This document shows positions 9,820 through 18,070 of a stretch of DNA of 64,000 bases, piece after piece. Position 1 is the stretch's first letter; every line of letters starts with the position of its first letter. Both the position numbers and the translations under genes were made by a program. The DNA is from an uncultured archaeon (lineage in GTDB: Archaea; Asgardarchaeota; Thorarchaeia; Thorarchaeales; Thorarchaeaceae): positions 1 to 64,000 of the forward strand of contig CAYYQL010000006.1 of the NCBI GenBank assembly GCA_964473825.1, written 5' to 3'. Below the pieces are notes generated by a model that worked only from the letters and a program-made list of their open reading frames with translations, was not told the origin of the DNA and did no database searches.

Positions 9820-10821
9820 TTGAGCCGTAGAGTACTAATCAGTTACGCAATCAGAGCAATCGGGCTGTTCTTATTCGTCTACATAGTCATGAGTATAGAC
9901 ATTCAGCAAATGGTTGCAGTGGCACTTGATTTGGACTTGGTTGTGATCCTCGTGGTGATGTCGATTGTCGCCACTATAGTTATTCTGAGAGGCATAAGGT
10001 GGCAGGTTCTTGGTGAAGAGATGGGATTGAGTTTCACAAGAAGAGAGGCTGTTGATGCGCTCTGTGTGTCTCAAGTGACTGGTCTGGTCCTGCCCGGAGC
10101 CCTTGGGGATCTGATTCGCGTTCCCTATCTTACTTCAAGGGGAAATTCCACGGATGTCGCAACTCTCAGCATTCTTGTAGACGCAATCACAGCATCCGTC
10201 ATTCCCTATTCCGTGGCCATACTTGCCCTCATGCAGATCTTTGAAATCCCTGTCACTGTGAGTTCGCTTCTGATTCCTGTTCTCTGGATTGCAGGACTTT
10301 ATCTAGTGTACAGGATTCTGAAGGCAACATTGTGGCCATGGATAGTAACGGCACGGCTCAGGAAACTGATGACATCCGGAATCACTGGCAACGTTCTCTT
10401 CGATATACCTACCACAATCCGGTCTATCGGACTGAAGAAGACAGGACTTGCGATAATCCTGGCAGCAAGCTCGTGGTTTCTGTATACGGTACAAGGATAC
10501 CTCCTCGCAACTGCCATGGGGTTGAATATAACATGGGACTATCTTGCAATCTCTCTTAGTGTTTCAATAATGCTCACAGCAATTCCCGTTTCGATAGTTG
10601 GTCTGGGAATTCGAGAGGGGACTCTGCTGTTTATGTTTGGACTTGTGGGCATTGAGGCGGTGACCACGGTTGCATTCTCACTTACTCTTCTCGTGACATC
10701 TCTGATTCCTTCCATCGCAGGTATCATCAGCTGGATGAGAGACCCGTTCCTAGATGCGGAGACCCATCCCATGAATCTCTCACTAGGAGCAAGTCCTCCA
10801 GTCAATTGCGAACAAGAGTAA
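9820..10821 (+). CDS. Lysylphosphatidylglycerol synthase TM-domain / flippase-like protein (UPF0104)
   Basis: RGIRWQ, PGALGDLIR, PVSIVGLGIREG; multiple TM. Confidence 0.85.
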   Translation: MSRRVLISYAIRAIGLFLFVYIVMSIDIQQMVAVALDLDLVVILVVMSIVATIVILRGIRWQVLGEEMGLSFTRREAVDALCVSQVTGLVLPGALGDLIRVPYLTSRGNSTDVATLSILVDAITASVIPYSVAILALMQIFEIPVTVSSLLIPVLWIAGLYLVYRILKATLWPWIVTARLRKLMTSGITGNVLFDIPTTIRSIGLKKTGLAIILAASSWFLYTVQGYLLATAMGLNITWDYLAISLSVSIMLTAIPVSIVGLGIREGTLLFMFGLVGIEAVTTVAFSLTLLVTSLIPSIAGIISWMRDPFLDAETHPMNLSLGASPPVNCEQE

Positions 10822-10935
10822 GAGCTGTCATGGCGATAGAGATTGCGAGAAAGCACCTATTTGCTAACGAAGACAGGGCTTCCATAGACAGGAGGTTTCG
10901 CCTTCACGAGATTTCCCGGGAGGTTACTGGAGCAG

Positions 10936-11223
10936 ATGGAAATCCGACCGATGAAGAAGAACGACATTCCTTTCGCGATGAGGCTGACAATCTCAGAGGG
11001 CTGGTCAAGCATTCCACTGGATTTTGGGGGCCTCTTGAGATACGATTCCACTGCAGCATTTGTGCCTGAGAAAAGAAATGAGAGACTTGGCATGGTGAGC
11101 GCAGTCTCATACGGCTCCTTTGGATTCATGGGGAATCTGATTGTGGAGAAGGAGCAAACGGAACAGATGCTTGGGATGTGTCAAATCAAAGCAGTGAGCT
11201 ATAGCGGTAAACATTCTAGATGA
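10936..11223 (+). pseudogene. Truncated GNAT acetyltransferase
   Basis: IRPMKKNDI...EGW...GFMGNLIV, then loss of the RGxGxG acetyl-CoA motif and an early stop. Confidence 0.6.
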
Positions 11224-11393
11224 AACTGAAAGGCAGCGAGATATGAACAGATTTGTGGTTTCCGAGATTCGTTTAGATGCCTTCGTTGCAGAAGTATCAG
11301 GCCTCTATCAAATTGGCCAGCATACAGCGAACGGGGACACAATTTCAGTATAGGTGTTTGTGAGAATTAGCAGGAAATAATTGATAGAAGTAC

Positions 11394-11516
11394 TCATGTG
11401 GCTTCCCACGCGAGTACTTCTTCTCGGGTGATTACGTCTTCATGACGTTCTGAAGATGAGTCGCGCGCTTCTGTGGCAGATGCTCTTAGTTGATCAATGT
11501 CGTTATTCAAGGTCAT
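11394..11516 (-). CDS. Small peptide 4 (40 aa), divergent member of the peptide array
   Basis: MTLNNDIDQLRASATEARDSSSERHEDVITREEVLAWEAT. Its ATG directly follows the TAG of peptide 3. Shares MTxNND with peptide 3 and TEA with peptide 2. Confidence 0.45.
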   Translation of the reverse strand: MTLNNDIDQLRASATEARDSSSERHEDVITREEVLAWEAT

Positions 11517-11609
11517 CTACCTGTACAGATACGAGTAGGCAAGCGCCTGTGTTGACACTTCCTTCTTGTCCTTCTTTGGTCCGATTACACAGTCATTGTT
11601 GGTGGTCAA
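11517..11609 (-). CDS. Small peptide 3 (30 aa) of the Tyr-motif array
   Basis: TTG start 7 nt after GGAGGT; MTTNNDCVIGPKKDKKEVSTQALAYSYLYR*. Confidence 0.7.
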   Translation of the reverse strand: MTTNNDCVIGPKKDKKEVSTQALAYSYLYR

Positions 11610-11614
11610 CTCGT

Positions 11615-11713
11615 CTACCTCCGGTATGCAAATGCATAGCCAACAGCCTCAGTTGAAACAGCTATGGCCCTGTTCAGTTTTGCGTCGGACTCGTTTCTTG
11701 TGAAATGTGCCAA
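11615..11713 (-). CDS. Small peptide 2 (32 aa) of the Tyr-motif array
   Basis: TTG start 8 nt after GGAGGT; MAHFTRNESDAKLNRAIAVSTEAVGYAFAYRR*. Confidence 0.75.
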   Translation of the reverse strand: MAHFTRNESDAKLNRAIAVSTEAVGYAFAYRR

Positions 11714-11719
11714 CTGCTA

Positions 11720-11824
11720 CTACCTCCGGTATACATAGGCGTAGGCAACAGCCTCGACCTTCATCATTCGCGAGTCCAGATTCTTTCCAAGTGATTCCTT
11801 TCGGGTGTTCTTTGCTAGTGCCAT
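11720..11824 (-). CDS. Small peptide 1 (34 aa) of the Tyr-motif array
   Basis: ATG 6 nt after GGTGA; MALAKNTRKESLGKNLDSRMMKVEAVAYAYVYRR*. Confidence 0.75.
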   Translation of the reverse strand: MALAKNTRKESLGKNLDSRMMKVEAVAYAYVYRR

Positions 11825-11840
11825 TGTTTTTCACCATTTT

Positions 11841-11902
11841 TAGTTTGTTAAACAAACTATTCTTACGGTATTAGTTGTATACCTTTACCAATATAAAGGT
11901 TT
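11841..11902 (-). promoter_or_regulatory. Putative BRE/TATA promoter of the peptide array with two inverted repeats
   Basis: Minus strand AAACCTTTATATTGG; ACCTTTA-N6-TAAAGGT (11881-11900); TAGTTTGTT-A-AACAAACTA (11841-11859). Confidence 0.6.
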
Positions 11903-12310
11903 GCCTACCAAACTATCTATGCCCATATTGGTACATATGATGCACCTTAAACAGATTATACATTTATACATTGAACTGAAACTTGAACTGTCTGCAACCA
12001 CACAATCAGTTAGATGATCCAAGCACTCTGTGAGTCATCAGCACTCGTCGTGTGCCAGACTTGAGAGGGACAGAGGTCTCGAATCGCCACGAAATTAAGA
12101 TACTCCAATCAGAACTGTCTAGATCTGCAAAGGAAAGCGGAATCCATTTGGTCTATGGATCATCTTTTTCGCAGAGTGGTTTGTAATTGAGAACCGACAC
12201 CACCTAGGACATGCCGCCTTCCTCGATGCAAGTGAGGAGAGTATTCATACATAGCCGTTCAAGACATGGTTTATCGAATCAACTGCTTGCCGCTATATAG
12301 TTTGATACGC

Positions 12311-12366
12311 AAACGTTTATATTTGGAGCTGCAGACCTATACAGCTGTACAGAAGACTGTTCTGTA
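12311..12366 (+). promoter_or_regulatory. Putative promoter and palindromic sites of the wHTH regulator
   Basis: AAACGTTTATATTTGG; TACAGCTGTA (12340-12349); TACAGAA-N5-TTCTGTA (12348-12366). Confidence 0.5.
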
Positions 12367-12383
12367 GTAGTTCCAGCGGTGAG

Positions 12384-13139
12384 ATGCGAATGAATGAAGA
12401 AGAAATCACCGACTCGTTGAAGAGCGCGGATGAGATTGAGTTCTACGACAGGGGAAAGATCCAGAACGAGCTCATATTTATCACGCAGGATGATAAGATG
12501 CAGGCTCTAGACGACCCTGTTCGGTTAGCCATAGTCACCGTTCTTCGCAAAGGCGTCCCTGACACCCTTACCACGAAGAGAGTAGATGAGGAAACAGGAG
12601 ATATAATCATACGACAACGCGAAGTGCAGCGTCATGCACTATCAGTAGTTGAAATAGTCAAGATGTCACAGGAGCATCGCGATGTGGAAGAGATAACAAA
12701 GAACCAAGTCTATCACCATCTCCCAAAGCTTGAAGACGCCGGTCTGGTTGTGAAATATTGCACGGCGAGAACTGGGAAACGGACTACGGACTATTATCGG
12801 CGCACGGCCAAGGGCTTTGTGATTGCTGCCGGCTTTCTATCAGCCGACAAGAAACAGCGAGAAAAGAAGTTGGACTTGCTTGTTGAGAGACTGGACAAGG
12901 TTTTCGGGGTAGAACTCTCCGAGGAGGAGGCCGGCGAAGTGGAGCGCCTCATAAGAGAGGAATGGGAGATTGAAACCAAGGGACGATCCAAAGTGGCAAA
13001 CATGATTTGCGGGGACGTTGTGGACAGCGACGTTCTGGATCTGTACAATTACCTGGTCGACTTGTGGTCCTTAAAGAATGAGCGGCTTCTTGAAATCAAG
13101 GAGAAGCTACGAAGTATAGTCTTCTCTGAAAGCGAGTGA
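12384..13139 (+). CDS. ArsR-like winged-helix transcriptional regulator
   Basis: ALDDPVRLAIVTVL...NQVYHHLPKLEDAGLV...YYRRTAK. Confidence 0.85.
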   Translation: MRMNEEEITDSLKSADEIEFYDRGKIQNELIFITQDDKMQALDDPVRLAIVTVLRKGVPDTLTTKRVDEETGDIIIRQREVQRHALSVVEIVKMSQEHRDVEEITKNQVYHHLPKLEDAGLVVKYCTARTGKRTTDYYRRTAKGFVIAAGFLSADKKQREKKLDLLVERLDKVFGVELSEEEAGEVERLIREEWEIETKGRSKVANMICGDVVDSDVLDLYNYLVDLWSLKNERLLEIKEKLRSIVFSESE

Positions 13140-13188
13140 TGTCAGTAGTCTATGAGAGCAGATATCGACTGTCTGCTGATTCTCTCAA

Positions 13189-13425
13189 TCAGCATTCGGC
13201 GCATATGTTTGTTTCCGTTTCGAGTACTCCCTCAATGGTTCTCAGTTTATCTACGACAAAGTTGCCCATGGCCTCATTACTCTTGAATTCTCCTTTAACA
13301 ATCAAATCATAGGCCCCAAAGAGGATGAAGGCCTCCAAAATTTCATCAAGACTCTTAATCTCATCAAGTATCTCCTTGTTTCGATCAGGCCTGACCTTAA
13401 GCATGATGTAGGCATGTAGAGACAT
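13189..13425 (-). CDS. Stand-alone Lrp/AsnC ligand-binding (RAM) domain protein
   Basis: AYIMLKV...LFGAYDLIVK...LRTIEGVLETET. Confidence 0.9.
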   Translation of the reverse strand: MSLHAYIMLKVRPDRNKEILDEIKSLDEILEAFILFGAYDLIVKGEFKSNEAMGNFVVDKLRTIEGVLETETNICAEC

Positions 13426-13501
13426 CTGGTCACACTCTTCTCAAGAATTGGAACAGCATGAGAGGTTCCTCTTTATTACTGTTGCAGTGTCAAGACCGAT
13501 C

Positions 13502-13873
13502 TCACATAGAGCCCTTGAGTCCAATGGCGGTCATCTCAAGATCTACGATGGTCAAATCAGGAACCGCGCTTTTATCAACCCACGCGATGACCCATGTGTC
13601 ACCGATGACCCGCGCCATCATCAGGTGCCCGTTCTTATCACCTGCAGTTCCGACATAAAGATGTTCATCGTTTATCACGGCACTGTATTCGGTGTCACCA
13701 AGTGTGATGTTGGATCCGGTTCTCAAGGAGTCATGAATCCGTTCAATCTCGCCTACTAGATTCCAATTGGATGTCTGCCAGATTACCTTTGAGTCGGTAC
13801 TGACTGCAAACGCTTGGAACTTCGGGTTGTTATGGTAGAGAGAGTTCCAAGCCTTGTCGATAGCTGACTCCAA
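13502..13873 (-). CDS. Profilin-like protein, divergent paralogue
   Basis: QAFAV...VIWQTSNWNL...EY...GHL...VIAWVD; colinear with the neighbouring profilin. Confidence 0.75.
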   Translation of the reverse strand: MESAIDKAWNSLYHNNPKFQAFAVSTDSKVIWQTSNWNLVGEIERIHDSLRTGSNITLGDTEYSAVINDEHLYVGTAGDKNGHLMMARVIGDTWVIAWVDKSAVPDLTIVDLEMTAIGLKGSM

Positions 13874-13963
13874 GTTTCATCCCCAGTTTCTATTATGTGC
13901 AGTATTGAAGGGAATCGGAAACGAGTTCAACGAGAAGAAATCCAGCCCGAGAATCCCTCGAGA

Positions 13964-14344
13964 CTAGATCTTCCCTTTGAGGGACTTGGCTGCACGATCC
14001 ACGTCGACGTAAATCCCATCAGGTGATGCATTGGGGTCAGCCCATGCAACCACAAACTTCTCGCCCTCAATCTTCGCCAACACAAGGATACCATTCCCAG
14101 AGACGCTTCGAGCAACCAGGCTGTCTGGCGTTGTCCTGAGTGTGCTATACTTGACTTGGTTCTGAACTACTGATGTGGCATTGTTCTTGACAGCCGAACC
14201 TAGGGCTGTGGCGTCTTCTGCTAGGTCCCAATTGTCACTCTGCCATAACACGTTACCTGATGTCGTTATTACACCGAAGGCCTGAACCATCTCTTTCGAG
14301 TCGTTGTACGCTTGCGTATATGCTTCCATAACTGGATCTGCCAT
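13964..14344 (-). CDS. Asgard-type profilin
   Basis: GNVLWQSDNWDL...QVKYSTLRTT...GNGILVLA...VVAWADP...AAKSLKGKI resembles the Asgard profilin pattern (QTENW, GIKY, GKGH). Confidence 0.85.
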   Translation of the reverse strand: MADPVMEAYTQAYNDSKEMVQAFGVITTSGNVLWQSDNWDLAEDATALGSAVKNNATSVVQNQVKYSTLRTTPDSLVARSVSGNGILVLAKIEGEKFVVAWADPNASPDGIYVDVDRAAKSLKGKI

Positions 14345-14457
14345 TCTGCATTCACCCCGATTCAGTCTAACTGTCGGTCTATGGGCAAGAAGAACATTGA
14401 TTCCATTTTAACTTAATCGCGATAGCCTCCTCCGACTTCCGATAGCATAATAGTGGA

Positions 14458-14787
14458 GTGTCATCTCAATCAGAAAGAGTAAGAATGAATGACGAAGCTA
14501 TCTGGGAAGGTGAGGCCGGCACCTTTGTCAGGGTTGTTGTGAAGACGCAGTCAAGAGAGGAGGAATTCGTGGCTGACATTTCACCAGGCTTCATTGAAGT
14601 GAATCTCCGTAGTGCGCCCCGAAAGGGAAAGGCAAACAGGGAGCTCTTGAAGCAGTTCTCTGATCTTTTTGACTGCTCCACATCAGAAATCGTGATTGCA
14701 TCAGGTCATAGGTCGCGGGAGAAGGTACTTCTTCTTTTAGGACAGCACGCTGAAGAAGTCAGAAAGACCCTGGTCGAAAACGTATAA
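14458..14787 (+). CDS. DUF167/YggU family protein
   Basis: APRKGKANRELL...IASGHRSREK. Confidence 0.9.
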   Translation: MSSQSERVRMNDEAIWEGEAGTFVRVVVKTQSREEEFVADISPGFIEVNLRSAPRKGKANRELLKQFSDLFDCSTSEIVIASGHRSREKVLLLLGQHAEEVRKTLVENV

Positions 14788-14801
14788 ATGACACAGTCAC
14801 T

Positions 14802-17084
14802 GTGCCAGAGCAACCTCGACATGCTTCGGTACAATCTCGTAACTTCCACCTTGGCCATCGAACCCGGAGGCTTCATCGACTGACCGAGAGAACTCAATCT
14901 ACGCTAAGACTGCTTGCAGGACTATATGGAGCCTGCCTCTTCTATGTAGTTCTGGTGATGTTTGAGGGGAGATGGCAAGATCCCGCGATACTCGTGGCAC
15001 TGATGATCAATGTTTTGCTTCTTCTCTCCTCCATTGCTGGACGACATGTCACCAAGAGGAGACTGGCGGCCATCATTGCAGTGATGGGGGGCTATACGGT
15101 CGTTTCTGTAGCAATCGGCAATCTCTCTGAGGTTGTTATCATGACCTCGGGGGGGCTGGCATTGTACGGTGGTATGATGAGTGAGCCGCGGTTCCCCTTG
15201 ACAAGGCGGGCCATGACAACAGGTATTGCTGTCGCAGTCATAATGACGTTTCTGGGGATATACCTAGCCCTAAAAATTGGAGTAGTCTACTTCGTTGGTG
15301 CCGAGATGCTGGGCGCGATAATCCTCAGCGCCAATGGTCGATATACCAAAGAAGAGAATACGGTGGTGGTTGCGATAGCTAATACCTCGGCTATGGTCGC
15401 GGTTGGCGTTCTCATCACGTTTCCAGTAATAGCAATATTCCAGCCCACGATAGCTCCCATACTCATAACCTATCCATTCATTGCGTTTGTCACTGGAACA
15501 AGTGCAACATTCGGTCTCATTCTTCTTCTGCCCTTCCGCGATCGGTTCGAAAATGAAAGATGGCCCCAGGTCAGACCACAAGCTCAGTGTATAATCTCTC
15601 TTGGTGAAGATGCTGAAGCAAGAAAGAACGTGGGAAAAGGGCTAGTCGCTTCAGCCGGTTGGGTAGGGGCAACGAGAGTGGCCGAATATGCAACAGGAGC
15701 AAGTCTGAGCTCACTGCCTCACGCTCTTGGACCAATAGTTCCTGACGCGGCCACAATACCTGATTGGATAGGTGTGTCAAATTCGCCTCTAATTGGAGCC
15801 ATCGGGTTCTTTGTGGGCTGGAAAAGAGCAATTGTTCTCGCCCTCGGAAGCCTCGTTTCGTTCTTGATATGGATGATTCTCGAAGGAGCCGCCCTCATTA
15901 CATTCGGGGCACACTTGAGTAGACCGGAGATTCTGTATCTAGCCCTTGGTGTATTTGCCAGTGTCATTCTAAGTGACGTTCTCGTACGAGGAAGAAAAAG
16001 AAAATCAAGGCAATCAGACAGCGACCAGCTGGCTGAGGAGATGTGTCATGCAGAGCCCATGGGTGATGAAGAGGATAGGCCCTCCCAACTGGCAAGGATT
16101 GGTAGAGTCAGGGAGGAGATGTTCTCGTTAGAGGCCTTCAAGTATGAGATTCGTCAAATGATTCAGAACCCGAAAGAGTATCTGAGAACGCGACGTGGGC
16201 AGCTGCCGCCTTGGATTGCATTTATCTCTCTGGCGCTCTATGCGATAACTGGCATCATGGTGTTTTCTTTACTGAGACCGTTTCCAGCAATCGAGATTCA
16301 CTGGCTGCTGTTCATTCTCGGAACTCCACTAGCAATGATTTCAGCCTACTTCACTGCACGAGCAATCAGTGAGACTGGCATGCTCGCGGGATATATTTCA
16401 GATGCCGTGGCAATTCCGGCCGTCTTGTTCTTCAGGGCCTCATTTCAAGCGATCACCACCTTCATGTCCATGCTTGGAGCACTCCAAGATGCAGCGATTG
16501 CATTGCTTGCTCAGTTGAAACTGGGTAGAATGACTGGGGTCAGAGGAAGAGACATATTCAAAGCAGTTGCCATCGGCGTGACAGTGGGGACGTTTGTAGG
16601 ATCGCTGATAACCTACATGATATACATCACATATGGTTTCGGTACAGCTGATTTTCCAAGTCCTGCAGCCCAGCTATTCGGTTTCTTGATAATTGGTCTA
16701 AGGGGAATAGGAGAATTCCAGATGCCCGGACTCGATGAATTCCCAACATTACACCCTGCAATTGGACTTGCATATCTCCTGGGCTTCGGTGTGTTGGGTT
16801 TTCTCTTGGGACGCGAAGTGAACAAGCGAGAGATGAGTGCAATGAGTCTTGCAGTGGGCTTACTCATTCCGCCAGCAACATCAGTCACAATATTGATTGG
16901 TGGTCTTATAGATTACCGCCTCAAGAAAATGAGGGACAGAATCCCCGAAAGTGATCAGGATAGACAATCCCGTCATGAGGGGACACGAGAGAGAGATAGC
17001 AGACTCCTCAGTGGTGTTCTCGCAGGAGAAGCAATTGTAACAGTTATCTGGGTCTTCTGGAGTGCCATTGCTCTATTGTTCTAG
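14802..17084 (+). CDS. OPT/YSL family oligopeptide transporter
   Basis: LTRRAM...YLALKIG, EEN, FPSPAA, LAVGLLIP, SGVLAGEAI; many TM. Confidence 0.8.
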   Translation: MPEQPRHASVQSRNFHLGHRTRRLHRLTERTQSTLRLLAGLYGACLFYVVLVMFEGRWQDPAILVALMINVLLLLSSIAGRHVTKRRLAAIIAVMGGYTVVSVAIGNLSEVVIMTSGGLALYGGMMSEPRFPLTRRAMTTGIAVAVIMTFLGIYLALKIGVVYFVGAEMLGAIILSANGRYTKEENTVVVAIANTSAMVAVGVLITFPVIAIFQPTIAPILITYPFIAFVTGTSATFGLILLLPFRDRFENERWPQVRPQAQCIISLGEDAEARKNVGKGLVASAGWVGATRVAEYATGASLSSLPHALGPIVPDAATIPDWIGVSNSPLIGAIGFFVGWKRAIVLALGSLVSFLIWMILEGAALITFGAHLSRPEILYLALGVFASVILSDVLVRGRKRKSRQSDSDQLAEEMCHAEPMGDEEDRPSQLARIGRVREEMFSLEAFKYEIRQMIQNPKEYLRTRRGQLPPWIAFISLALYAITGIMVFSLLRPFPAIEIHWLLFILGTPLAMISAYFTARAISETGMLAGYISDAVAIPAVLFFRASFQAITTFMSMLGALQDAAIALLAQLKLGRMTGVRGRDIFKAVAIGVTVGTFVGSLITYMIYITYGFGTADFPSPAAQLFGFLIIGLRGIGEFQMPGLDEFPTLHPAIGLAYLLGFGVLGFLLGREVNKREMSAMSLAVGLLIPPATSVTILIGGLIDYRLKKMRDRIPESDQDRQSRHEGTRERDSRLLSGVLAGEAIVTVIWVFWSAIALLF

Positions 17085-18055
17085 CCTTGTTCTTCCACAT
17101 ACTCAGTGAGAGCTTGGAGAAAAACAGGGAAATCATTCGCTTTCATGCCAGCACCGGCGGCTTGGGGATGACCACCCCCGTGAGCATTCGGAATATCAGA
17201 AACAACCTCCCTCAGGGCCCTATTTAGGTTGATGGGAGAATTCCTTAGTCGTATTGACAAATCAATCTCGGCGTTGTAAGAACGCGCACTTATCCCAATC
17301 TGAGAATCTGTCGCATATGCTGCGAACTTAGCGCTCTTTCCTCGGTATCCACTAATAGGCATATCAAGTACATAGCCGACCTGTCCAAGCTTTCGAGCGT
17401 TGTTATTGACATAACGCAACACCTCATGCTCTATTCGCGTTGCTTTCATAGCTAGTGTCACAATATCATCCATTGAGCTTGGACTCATCCCGAGTGTCAA
17501 GAACCGTACTAGATCCTTTGCCGCTCGTTGATAGTCAATCTCCTGGAGTGCCTGAACAAGGATTCCCGATTCCAAGTAGAGAGTCCTCTTGTCAAAATCC
17601 TCGAAGTGTTCTCGGGCAAAGGGCGTATTATCACAGAAATCTCCTATTGCGCCATAGAGAGCGAGATGTAAGGCATGCTCTGGTAGTCGCTCAGAGAACT
17701 TGCGATAGGTCATCTCTGCAGCACTGGGGCCTCGCTCATGAAAGAAATCAACTCTCTGCCGGAGTTTGTTCTTCAGTCTGCTTGGTATTGGATGATGATC
17801 GATCCAATGGATTGTGGTAGTCTCAGGGAACCGTGCAATCGCCTGAAGAATCCTGTCAAATCGGGATATGTTGACTGCTATGTCGCTTATTGAAACCACT
17901 TTGGGATCATCTTTTGCAATCCGAAACAGATCATGGTGAATCTGGGAAGGTCTGGTGAAATAGAAGTCGGCTCCAGGAAACGCCAGCAATGCTATTGCGC
18001 CAGAAGTGATTCCGTCAAGGTCTCCATGTGAAAGAACAACGGACTTCATTTTCAA
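17081..18055 (-). CDS. DHH/DHHA1 phosphoesterase
   Basis: SHGDLDG, SD, WIDHH, GGGHPQAAG. Confidence 0.9.
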   Translation of the reverse strand: MKMKSVVLSHGDLDGITSGAIALLAFPGADFYFTRPSQIHHDLFRIAKDDPKVVSISDIAVNISRFDRILQAIARFPETTTIHWIDHHPIPSRLKNKLRQRVDFFHERGPSAAEMTYRKFSERLPEHALHLALYGAIGDFCDNTPFAREHFEDFDKRTLYLESGILVQALQEIDYQRAAKDLVRFLTLGMSPSSMDDIVTLAMKATRIEHEVLRYVNNNARKLGQVGYVLDMPISGYRGKSAKFAAYATDSQIGISARSYNAEIDLSIRLRNSPINLNRALREVVSDIPNAHGGGHPQAAGAGMKANDFPVFLQALTEYVEEQG

Positions 18056-18070
18056 CCAACTCTCAATCCA

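Noticed and set aside
11308-11397. Possible fifth peptide MSTSINYFLLILTNTYTEIVSPFAVCWPI overlapping the P4 stop (ATGA)
   Set aside because: No shared motif and no clear SD; may be chance.
11517-11755. Roughly 36-nt repeats at about 100-nt period as a CRISPR array
   Set aside because: Only three degenerate units, spacers of about 60-70 nt, no cas genes in the window, and codon-structured variation; a peptide-coding explanation fits better.
11394-11824. Single polyprotein by TAG (pyrrolysine) read-through
   Set aside because: P1-P2 and P3-P4 are in frame, but P1 is followed by a double TAG, P2-P3 changes frame, and TAG terminates many housekeeping genes here (e.g. sucC, sucD, psmB, fttA).
11649-11855. 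ORF-track 68-aa minus ORF (and 66-aa plus ORF 11456-11656)
   Set aside because: Alternative frames overlapping the motif-bearing peptides; no recognisable motif.
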